64,000 bases of DNA from Octopus sinensis (taxonomy: Eukaryota): assembly GCF_006345805.1 (NCBI RefSeq), contig NW_021833076.1, positions 62,001 to 126,000 on the forward strand, in the 5' to 3' direction. Of this stretch, positions 12,161-26,000 are shown one piece after another. Both the position numbers and the translations under genes were made by a program. Numbering within the stretch: position 1 is the stretch's first letter; each line of letters begins with the position of its first letter. The notes under the pieces were generated by a model that was given only the letters and a program-made list of their open reading frames with translations, searched no databases and was not told the origin of the DNA.

Positions 12161-12861
12161 TTAGCAACAGGAATTAACAGATTTGGATAGTTTGTCCAAT
12201 ACAACCCCAGAAGTGTCGCCGGTGGGGATGCTCGCACTATTCTTGAGGTCACTGCACACCAAGTCAATATTTCCTTCACATTTATGTTCTCCTTAGCAGA
12301 AGACTCAAAGAACCGCACTCCTATCTGTCAGAATGACCACCCAAATGTGCGGCCAACTCCTGTCCGTCCTGTGTGGAGATGACCTTCGTCTCGACCAAGT
12401 CAGATTTGTTGCCCACCAAGACGACTCGGGCGTTGTCCCACGAGTGAGTTTGTATTTGGGATATCCTTCAGTCAATCCCCACCCAAACCAGTCCCGGGCA
12501 GCCTGGAAGGACTCTTCGTTGGTCACGTCATACACCAGAATGAATCCCCTCGGTAGTAGGCCGTCGTGATTGTCCGGTAACGTTCTTGTCCGGCCGTGTC
12601 CTGTCACTCATCACTCCCCTCTACCCAGATTTGCAGTTTTATTCGCTTGTTGTCACGGAAAATGGACTTGACTTTGAAATCAATGCCCACCGTCGACACA
12701 AAGCAAGTACTGAAGGAGTCGTCGGCGTATCGGAAGAGGAGGGAGGTCTTGCCTGTGTTGCTATTCCCCACAATCAGTATTTTGAACATGTTGTCATACG
12801 AGTCCTCCCCTGCCTTGTCCATTCCTGTGTTGTGGGAGTTGATGGTTTTATAGTGGGCCAA
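12161..12861 (-). CDS. RAB3: Rab3-like GTPase; two frameshifting deletions in this sequence
   Basis: [29 protein letters not shown]|[19 protein letters not shown]|[34 protein letters not shown] and terminal NSCC*. Introns of 24, 23 and 20 nt; frame breaks near 12546 and 12266. Confidence 0.85.
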
Positions 12862-13197
12862 TTAATTATAATTGATTTCTCTAATTAGATTTATCTCATT
12901 AATTCACATCATTTGAGATATTCCAGGCAGTCTTGACATTCAGTCGCCCACAGTAGTGTCCCCGCCCAGTGACACACACTCTGGTCACCCGTATTACTGA
13001 CAGTACGACAATCAATCCAATTATAACGACCCTATTCATATGATTGTACAATTCTGTGTCGATATCATTAACACATGCATGCTTATTGATTGTGTGATTT
13101 ATTCAACACCCTCAGCACTCACATTCATATGTTTTGAGAGAGACAGTAAAGAAAGAAATGATTTTGTGCATCATTAGAATAAATAGAACTGACTAAG

Positions 13198-14080
13198 TTA
13201 ATCCCTGAGAGAATATCCCCTCCCCCATCTCGACCAAGAGGGGTAGTGGGGTGCACGTGAGTAATCCCCACCAAACCCACGCACTCTCACAGTGTCTCCG
13301 GCAAACATGCGTGTTCTAAGGGAATAGTGGCATAAGTACATGAAGGATGGAGTGGGGAGGAGTGTGGGTCGGCCGTGGATAGTCGGGTATTGTACGGCCA
13401 TGAAGTGATACAAATGCCCGGCCACAATCCCCACCAAGTCGTAGTAAAACCTGCAACTGAGCCCCCTCGATGTACGATTTATAGAGAATGAAATTGAAGG
13501 CAAGCAGAATCCAGGGAAGGTACACAGCCTTGAAGGTGGTGCCGAACCAGAAGGAGACGACCTGGGCTGAGTTGAACTGACACCAGACATACATCACGGA
13601 CATAACTAGAGGGACGGAGAGGAACTAGACTATTAAATGGGCTATACTGGGAATCCCACGAGGACGGACATGAACTAAAAAATACATCCCCACAGTACTA
13701 ACGAGGATAGCAACGGACAAAACAATGAGCATCCACACGTAGTCCCCCTTCCTGTTCATAAAAGTGCCTTCGATAGGGGAGGAGAGTACCTTCCTCGAGC
13801 ATGCGGGAGTAAGTGTAGAGGAAGTACATGTTCATCAGAAATACAAAGCCGGATTGGGGAGTCAGGTAGAACGTCAACAATGATGTAAGGGGTCGCCATA
13901 TCTAGGAATATATATCACTAATCCTCCCTCTAAATTGTAGACCACTCGAGAGGGGAGGTAGGCGAGGGAGGCATAGCTCAACAACCCGACATTGCCCAGG
14001 AGGGACAGTCCAGCAGTGAGTAATAGCCAGTAACGAGTCACGGAAGGAATAGAATTGAACCAGTCCTGGACATCAGACAT
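13198..14080 (-). CDS. DERL1: Derlin-1 (ERAD)
   Basis: MSDVQDWFNSIPSVTRYW, IWRPLTS, FLMNMYFLYTYSRMLEEG, VSFWFGTTFKAVYLPWILLAFN, GIVAGHLYHF and RWGRGYSLRD*. Six introns of 22-28 nt; the first has an atypical donor. Confidence 0.92.
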
Positions 14081-15157
14081 TAGACAACAAGAATAACACG
14101 TATTACTTTTTAATTACACAGAACAATATGTTATTCACTATTAGATTTATTATTTAATTAATACACTTGACGGTCTCTCTCTCCCTTTTTATATTTCGTC
14201 CTGTTTATCCAAATTGCCAATTTCATGCAGCCATTCTTTACTCTCGACTTATCGATTGTATAAGAAAGAGACACAATTTCATCGAATCGGCCCCAAATAT
14301 CTTATTACAAAGCTCAATTATTTTCCCCCGCCGCTCAACAATTTAATAAAATCTTTCATAATATATGAACTGCAAATACACCTCATACTTGCTGATTTTT
14401 ACAATCTCCACTTTCAAATTTTGAACAGATTTTATCCCCACGTGAGTCAAGAATACGATTCTTCTTTTCATCAAACAAATCTGGTTTGTCATGCTTCTAA
14501 ATTGTGTCCTGATAAATGTATTTTATTTCTAAAGACTCATTTACTGACACAGACTACACTGAATGCGTTTTTATTTTCATTTAAGGCAAAGCTCAAGACA
14601 CAAATGAAACTAAATGCACCAGCTTCATTATATCTCTCACATAATCGTAATGCTGGATTTTTCAACGCCTGATTGCACAGTGATCCACGCTTTGTTTCAT
14701 TCATTAAGGGGCATTCAATTCTGATTATCTCAAACATTTGAAGAAAATTATTTGTATCAAAAATATTCTTCAATATTTGCCAAACATGTATCCTCTGAAA
14801 TTTCTGCCGGAAGAATTGGGAAACTCCTTCTGCAATAACCACTCGGAATCGTAAATCCAAAGAGCGTACTTAACATGGAGACTGATCAGAATCCCCTTAG
14901 CTAAGGACAAGTATGCTTGTTGTTTCCCCAGAACTCCTCGACTAGTTAGGGACAAGGGCTAATATATCTGCGACGTTTCATTATTTTATTACTTCAGTCA
15001 GACTGAACCAATCCAAAGACCTATCTCATCCCATAATAGGTTGCATACACTCTTGCGAACATGGAAGTGTCCCAATTGGCTATAATGAAAAGGAATGATG
15101 AACACTTGCAAGATTAAAAGAAAGATTAAAAGGAACAAGAACCGAAAATTAAGAGTT

Positions 15158-17780
<2,623 letters not shown>

Positions 17781-18613
17781 AATTCGCTATAGTTAGCAAG
17801 AGCGAGCATAAAGTTGACAAACCCAGACATGGTGATACACGTATAATTATTAATTAATTTATTTATTTTATTATGAAATTAATTTAAAATAAATAATATT
17901 AATATAGAGATAATAATCATTTATACTCCCCAAACCTTTTCTATAATTTAAAATAATCAGCGATGATCTGAGATATGTTAATCAATTTATACTCTTCAAA
18001 CTCAACCATTTTCAGTCCCCAAGTGATGAACCTCTTTCATTTTATTACTCAGAATGACTTTGAGTTTGGCAGAATCCATTATCCCGTCATTCCCATTTTC
18101 CCTCAACTTGATGACTTGTCTTGTTTCATTAAAACTGTTTTGGTTGTACTTTGCATGCGTCTTCTATATTACGACTCCATCATTTAGACTCAACGATGCT
18201 GATCTAGACTCTAATCAAAATTTCCGAGGATTACAAGTCAGTATTTTACATTTAATATCAAGAATTTAAAGTAAGTATTAAATAATCTTCTCCTTCCAGT
18301 CGATACATCCTCTATTTGCACAGTGATTCAGGCAGGCAAGTACGCTTCTCTCCTTTCGAGGTGCTGGAAAGCACTGGCGGTGTTGTCGATCTATTAAATC
18401 TCTTTTATTCTTTGTCAGTAGATATGCGAGTTCGGATTCGTAAATTTTATATAAAATTAGCGACACCTCCCAAATTGCCAAAACTGTAAGAATGGAGCAA
18501 AAATGATTCCTGGAATCAAAAATGATTAAAGTATTATTGAAAACGAATATTTGTAATTTCCGTCAAATAAAATGTAAAATAAACATAACCATAACAACAA
18601 AGAAATTGCCGAA

Positions 18614-20191
18614 ATGACTAAAATCAAGAAAGCGTTCAACGTAACTGTTCACAAGTATGAAGATTACGAGAAAACAGACATGGATAGTCCCATAATCAAG
18701 TCACACGTCAACATCAGAGATATGCAAGAAAATAGCAAAGAGACAGAATTCCCAAAAAATGTACTCTGCGTAATTATTCCACAAACAACCAACGAGGAGG
18801 AGAACGGAAATGACTCGCTAATTCAAACAGACAGTATTCCAGAGACGAACTCGCAATGCTTCGCCGAATTACCTCATGTTGACTTGAAACACATCGAGAA
18901 CGACGACACCTCGTTAATAAAATGTGCTCAGAAATGTAAAGCCCAGACTAAAGCAAATAAGCATTCATCTCTGCAAAACGACATTGGCCAACATTTTTCA
19001 ATCTCCGTTCGGGTTTTCCCAATTTTGAATGGAACAGATTCAAATAACATTTTTGATGTTAACTCTGTTTCAAGCAAATTAATATTTCAAAAATACTCCA
19101 GAAATCGCGAATTTCAATTCGACCACGTTTTCTCAGAAAATACAAACAATTGCGAGTTGTACTGCAAAACCATTGCTCAATTTTCCTCCCATTTTGCTAA
19201 AGGAAAATCTGGCGCTTGTTTTACTTTTGGACAGACATGTAGTGGAAAGACACACACGCTTTTTGAGATTGTGGATAGTCCAGGAATTTGCTTTCAGTTC
19301 GTGTCTGATTCATTTTCCTTGGTTGACTCACTTGTCATTTCTTGCTATGAAATTTATTACGAAAAACTGCGCGATTTAATGTCTGAGAACACCAGAAAGT
19401 ATATTTCACAAATGACACGCATTAGTGAGTCCCTGAAAATGTGTTCTACGGATGAAGGGGAATTGAAGATCCTCAACTTGACGCACGCAAAAGTGACCAA
19501 CATTGATGAATTCATTCAGGTTTGTTAACATTTTATTTGTAGTTAATCTCTGGGTGTCTCATTCGACGGGTGGCGGATTCCCACGACGGGTACCATCATT
19601 TGTCGTCGCGGTCGCACTTGGTGGTCAAACTCGAAAACACATCTGCAAAAAGGTAGCATCAAAGTAATATTCAGTGAGTTTTACTTCATCGATTTGGCAG
19701 GCTCGGAAAGAGCTTGTAACAGTGAGACCAACAGTTGGATCTCGTGGAATGAAGCGGCCAGTATAAACACCACTCTTTTGGCTGTATATACTTCATTTGA
19801 TTACAAATAGTTAAAAGAATGTATTCGATGTTATTCAAGGCCACAAAAACATGTGCCTTATCGGAGGAGTAAACTGACAAGACTATTAGACCACATTTTT
19901 AGAAATTTCAAAACATATTCGATATGCACTGTTCGAGCAGATGAGGCCAATGCTGGTCATAGTCTCAATACTTTGCACTATGGGGAACAGTTGAGACATT
20001 TGTCCAACAAAAATATCTCCAAGCGGACAATAAATGAGGCGAATATTGTTGATCAAGTGAGGCCATGGACTAGAAGGGTTGCTATGATTAAGAAAAACAT
20101 CAGCGAAACTCCACCTGGTAGTACTTGTGCATTCAGCAAAGAATATGTACACAAACTTATAAAATCTGCACTTAAAACTGATTTTAAATAA
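18614..20191 (+). CDS. Kinesin motor protein, kinesin-13 (KIF2/KIF24)-like
   Basis: FQFDHVF, ACFTFGQTCSGKTHT, SCYEIYYEKLRDL, SSRSH, FIDLAGSERA, EAASINTTLLA|LKECIRC, HVPYRRSKLT and SLNTLHY. Introns of 22-27 nt. Confidence 0.85.
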
Positions 20192-21329
20192 TTTTGGACT
20201 TAGTGACAGTGATAATTAATGACATCCTAGGACAGTGATTTATTTCTAACGATTTTTAAGAGCAGTTCCTTGGAAAAATACGGCTAACTCTTCAGATGTT
20301 AGGCCTGGAGTCTATTTTTCAAACAACCGAACGGGAAACACCTGTCAATCTAGATAATTGTTCGCGGATCTGGTCTGATAAAAGTCGGTCTTTTCTCACG
20401 CAATGCACCCAATAATGACGTGATTTAATAGAGAGCAGACTGATTTTAATTTGTACAGTAAATTTTCGGCCTGAGGCCTAAAAATAGAAAACGCCCGAAA
20501 TAGCTGTCTTATATATTCATTCGCCCTGCTTTACTGCAACTAGTGACAAATTGAGGACAAATTTGAAAACTCAGGTGACTGGATAATCAGAACGACGTGA
20601 AATCTTAAATGATGTCCCAAACATACAAAAAAACCTGCAACTGTCTTTATTTAATGAACAGGCCGTTCTGCAGGTCACTCTCCAACTTGTTTGGGTTATG
20701 GAATCCTCCGCAAAATTGAGCAGGTAGGCCACGTTTTCTGGAAGAACTGATTTTGGGGAAGGGTGACAGTAGCTGTCAACTCTTGGACAAGGTCGTTGAT
20801 TTGGGGTACAGTCCTGTGCTTGGATAGGCATTTAAAAACTCGGCGAAGTGTTCGCCTGGTTGGCCAAAATTTTCAGCAGTACTTTTGAGCATTTGATACT
20901 ACTAAATATTAGCTTCATCCTTTCGAAAATACATGGTGGAACAGTCCGATATTTGCTATTCTCAATTGTTTGTGGAGATTCGGGGAAAATGTTTTACTTT
21001 TAGTCGATGAAAAGACATTGCACAACCGTTCCTGGACTATTCTTATTTCATTTTTCATTTTCCACAAACGAGTAAGTTTCCTGCAGAAAATGGCGCTGTT
21101 TTAATTTCTCCTATTTGACTGTGTTTTTGCAGATGAGTAACCTTTTTGTTAATAATGCGGGATGTAAATGAAAATTCACTCAAGATAATGCCTGAAGTTG
21201 TCACGTTCTATAATTACTGTTGAATGTGATCAGACTTGAGAATTTTATTTCCAGTGAGAGAAAATCAGATTCGAACGTATCATCTGAGAATTTAATACTT
21301 TTTTGATCAGATTTTAACTCTTATTATCA

Positions 21330-21880
21330 ATCTATCTGAACAACGTTATTTATTATTTATTTATGAACTTTCTCGATGCCATGGATCTGAAAAAGCTTGT
21401 GCAGCACTAAGAGTTATTCGTTTGGACCACTTTCCTCTATTTAACGCACCAATTTTCTTTTAGGCTGCATAGTGCGATGTTTGCATGTGTTTTACGCATT
21501 ATCACACCTTGTTCGTCTCCCAATAGAGATCCAAGTATCCTAACTTTTCTCCAGTGTTCGTCCAGTTTGGACTTTTGTCTGACAAGTTCAGTAAATTCCG
21601 TTTTCTCCACATTTACATCGAGGAACCACTCTTCAAGTTAATTGGGCATCATCTCCAATAGGCTTTCCAGAGGATTCCTGCCGGAAGAAATAAAATCCAC
21701 ATCATCTGCGTATGCCACCACATTGATCTTTCCTTTATGGTTTTAATTCTCTCAATGCAGCTTCCAAATATATGACACAGCATATGAGATAACGGATCCC
21801 CTTGAGGTGTTCTCAATGTTGTTTTAAATTGCTTAGTATACTTGTCTCGTACCCTGACCGATAGATAGATTGTGCCATCA
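21330..21880 (-). mobile_element. Degenerate RTE-like reverse transcriptase remnant
   Basis: Minus-strand fragments TPQGDPLS..IYLEAAL, VVAYADDVDFIS, EWFLDVNVEKTE and WRKVRILGSLLGD, with stops and frameshifts. Confidence 0.6.
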
Positions 21881-21962
21881 AATTATGCAACGAACGAGGT
21901 TAGTTATAAGGAATTCGATGGCTAAGGTAATATGGAGAAAGAAATACTCTAATGACTAGTAG

Positions 21963-22087
21963 AGTCGGTAGTCTATCTTACCAGCTATTAATTTATAAAT
22001 TGGCTGGAAGACACCTCCAAATAGTAATGAACAGAATAGCAACTTATTGTCCAAATAACAACCCTGTAAAACTAAATAAAATGCGTA
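21963..22087 (+). repeat. 125-bp direct repeat, copy 1 (copy 2 at 22937-23061)
   Basis: The two copies differ at about 2 positions, lie 974 bp apart and flank ENSA. Confidence 0.95.
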
Positions 22088-22180
22088 GAGGTATGATGAT
22101 ATACAATTACTAATTTTCTGTGGAGTATCCAAGACAACACTTCTACCCGCAGATAACAAAGTAAACAAAACAAGTTTATA

Positions 22181-22475
22181 TTAATTGACAGGTTTATCTG
22201 AGGAGACATTATTCGGCACGCACATGTCAGAGAATTTACGAGGAATATCCGCAGGAGTGGGGTGTTGAGTCCCTGTCGCATTTTTCAGAGCCAATTCTCG
22301 ATCGATTCCAGGCTCAAGCTGGGATATGGCCATGTTGTAATCTCCGGAGTCAAAATATTTATTCTGCCTCCTAAGTTTTCGTTGGATTATAGCAGCGTGG
22401 TTGATGGAGGAATTATCCACACAAGATATATCTCTTGGCCTATACTAGACAAGTTCCCCACAACCTCAAATCCAT
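22181..22475 (-). CDS. ENSA: Alpha-endosulfine / ARPP19 family PP2A inhibitor
   Basis: Diagnostic QNKYFDSGDYNMA motif and HPTPADIPRK. A 25-nt intron joins ATG 22475 in frame. Confidence 0.9.
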
Positions 22476-22936
22476 TACAAATAATTTAGTAATATTTATT
22501 GAAAGTTAAAACCAATTTAATTAATATTCATTTATTGAAATAATGGTCAAACTCTTCTTTTCCAAGAAACTTGGTTACGATTTTAGCCGATTTGGCATGG
22601 AATACCGAGAGTTAAAAATTAATTGTTAACAAAAATGATGCGATTGAAACACGTTGATAAAAAAATAGTCTTATTAGCACAGTAAGAATTATACTATTCC
22701 GCCCATTCAGAAAACAGGGGAAATTACTATTCAGATGGCCTGTTCATCTGCCTCACTGATACTGAATGAAAAAAGTTGACTTGGATTAATAATTAAAATG
22801 TACATCTCGTCAATCCAGTATTGCCTGTATGTATAAAAAATTGGAAATAAACAAATATCCTTATGAACAGAATGGTATCGATGCGGTGTGCAATGAACAG
22901 CTATATAATAAAAGATAGTCCCAAGACGTGACTAAT

Positions 22937-23061
22937 AGTCGGTAGTCTATCTTACCAGTTATTAATTTATAAATTGGCTGGAAGACACCTCCAAATAGTA
23001 ATGAACAGAATAGCAATTTATTGTCCAAATAACAACCCTGTAAAACTAAATAAAATGCGTA
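22937..23061 (+). repeat. 125-bp direct repeat, copy 2; overlaps the predicted FRY stop and 3' UTR
   Basis: Near-identical to 21963-22087. Confidence 0.95.
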
Positions 23062-26000
23062 TAAAAATTCATCATGACATGATAAAACCAATCCAAGTCC
23101 GTCAGGTCACAGACAACCGCAAGCCGACCTGACGTAAACAAATAGAAATACTCATTCCATCTGTGACCGTAAGCTGTCGGACGAGCAAATATGAGAGAAT
23201 CTCAACAGGATCGTCAGTGCAAAGACCAAATCGCTCGTCATAAGATCTAACTCAAATCCCAAACAATACTTTTTCACAGATTCCAAACAAATAAGGGCCT
23301 CTCCATATTTACCATTAACCAACAGAACTCCAATATTCTGATCAACTGAACATGTGTACTCATCCGTTCCCAAATGAATCAACGCTCGGCAAGTTTTCTG
23401 GAAATTGTCAACCATTTGGGAGACATCTACGAACTAGAAATATAAGGACAGTCCAACTCCTTCGATGACAGAAGACGCAGATTTAGCGAGGTTTTGATAG
23501 CTCTCAATAAGAAGCATCACGCTGTACAACAGACTGAGAAATAACTCGATTGTCAGTTCATTGGAAGAAGACAGGCATGTGAGCACGGACTCGTAGTTTT
23601 CCTTAGATTTGTGCATTTGGATAATTCGAAACTGAAGTGCATTTGGAATGTATTCCTAGCCATTAGCAGAAATATATACTTCCGAGAAATAACAACAAAT
23701 GTACGGCCACCGGAACGTCGACGTATCAAACAAAGTAAGTAGTTGTTCTATTGTATAATTGGAGGGTATACTCAGACTGTCGTTCATAACCACAAACACA
23801 TTCATGGTCGACACTGATGCACTACACTGCATCGACTTGAGGAGACTAGTGAAGTACTCAATCAGCCCGATCAGACTCTTCTACAACCAAATACCAATTC
23901 ACCAACCCTAATCAATCGCCGGTAGAAGAAAAAAACATTATTCGTCCGCAAGTTGGGATCCTCAATGCGGGTAATGGAGGAACGGGGCGAATTGCCTCGA
24001 CTGCCAATTTGCTGAGGAATGTCCTCATCACTGAACTCGTTTATATTCACGTAGGAAATGTCGATTTCATCAGATTGTGAAGACGTCTTTGATTGGCACT
24101 AAAGATGAGGGAACTCTGGCAACATCAGTCTCATCCTCGTTATTCTCGCAGGAATAAAAAATTGTTTGTGCCTGTTCTTCGCTCTCGAATTTATTCTACA
24201 AACTAAAAGACCAGACAAACATCGTCACCGTAGAGAAAACGGAATGCCTTAGAAATGCAATAGTTGGAACTTTCCGAAGTCGAGGACATCATTGTCCCAT
24301 CTGAAAATGACGAAAATCACCAACTCTGCGAAGATATGGGATCTTCCACAAAAATATGTTCAGAGTTGACCGTCGACATTTTTGTGCGCGGAAATCTCGG
24401 AGTCAGCCCCAAGCGAGTCAACAGAGTGAACAAGCTGTAGTAAAAATACTCCTAAACAAGTGAAAAGGAATAAGCACACTGAAGAGTAAATAAAATCTGA
24501 GACCGGATAAGTCACAGAAAGGTTTTTAGACGAGTCAGTCCCCGATAGACTAAACTCGAGAATGCGACCTACAAACAGTGTTGTGTATAATTTACCAGGA
24601 AGAGAACAACCAATCTGTTGATCCAACCCCACAATGCTGAATACTCTCCTATAGGCTCTCCTGTATAGAATGTCGGTGGATTCAATGTCCATTAATTTGT
24701 CTTCGGGGAAATTGGAGGACTTGTCCACTACCAACTTCATCAAATTCATTGCCGTCGCAGAATTGGGAGACTGAATAAACATTGAAAGGGAAACATTTAA
24801 TGCCACGGTGGCAGTCACACACAGCTGTTTCACCGCCACCTCACTATTAAGCACTCCTTCGTCCAATTCGACCAGGGAGATGAGAGTTTGAAGGGCAGAA
24901 AAAGAATACCCACATGTTTCTACAATCTATGGAGACTACACAATCCCACGACTAACACGACAGACGAGCTGAACGCAGTCGGCCGAGGGAATGTGAAAGC
25001 AATCCTTTACATATTTTACGACGCATTGAATCCAAATTTTTGCACTCTTTTCAAATGTACGGGAAGAATATCGGCCCAAAACAGTCACCAAATTGTCACA
25101 TCTCTTCCTCGATTTGACAATCTTCAAATGAGCCAAAAGAACACCTCAATGATTGATGCAGCAGCCGACTGAGCAAATTGGTCAGGATCGTGGTAGTGCG
25201 ACGCCATGTAGGGAATCAAAATTAAGATGACGAGGGCCACCACATCTCTCGATGGCTTATAGAAGAAGACCTCGGAATAAAAAGGAAATAATTCAAAGAT
25301 CAAGCACCAAGCCAATGACTTGTTCTCTTTTTTTGAATAGAGTCCCTGCAAACATCGATACAAGAAAAGAAACATATAGAAAGTGGGGGAGAATGCCTTC
25401 AAAGTCATCAGACTGTAATCCCGCCAATTTATTTCTGAATACGTCCATTTGCAGTTTCCCGAATAGGGTCACGACCAACGAGCACAGTTGTAATCCAAAG
25501 AAATACAAAACATCATTCGACAACATGAACGCCGACCCACATGCGAAAACAGTCGAATATAATTCTTCCGGACACTCCACTTGGTGTTTATAACAATCAA
25601 ATAGTTTCACAGAGGTGACAAACGTGGACATTAACTGTGAAAAGAATTGTCGCTTTTATACTTAATGAATCAAAATAAACCTGAGCATCCTCGATGTTCT
25701 CCAAATCGACTCCCTCGACATAGTAAACCAACCTTTTGACAAATTCCATGCTGACGGGAATTCCCAGCGCCTCATATATCTACAGTGAATAGATTATCAA
25801 CACACCTGCAACGACCGAATGGCAAAGTGGGAATCAGGCGAGGAAAAAACCAAGTCCATACACAAGTGGGCCCATTTGGAATTCAAATCGGGCAAAATAG
25901 TACAGACTTGGAGAATATCGCAAACTAATGAAGACACCAAATCAGTAGAACAGACACTCTCCAAACAATTACACCACGTCCAGCGTGGAGTACTGAAAAT

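Noticed and set aside
12455-12490. Apparent third frameshift in RAB3 at the intron 2 acceptor
   Set aside because: On re-reading, TG|G ATA TCC CAA gives W-I-S-Q in frame with a normal 23-nt intron.
12161-12560. Insertional RNA editing or programmed frameshifting in RAB3
   Set aside because: One lesion is 7 nt with microhomology, no slippery site or stimulatory structure is evident, and neighbouring genes need no editing. Deletion or assembly error is simpler.
14214-14955. ORFs of 60-150 codons between DERL1 and VCP
   Set aside because: No recognisable motif or consistent exon structure; may be TE debris.
20850-21060. hAT dimerisation-domain relic
   Set aside because: Only faint similarity (SPNLHKQLRI; FERMKLI) and no TIRs or TSD; too weak to list.
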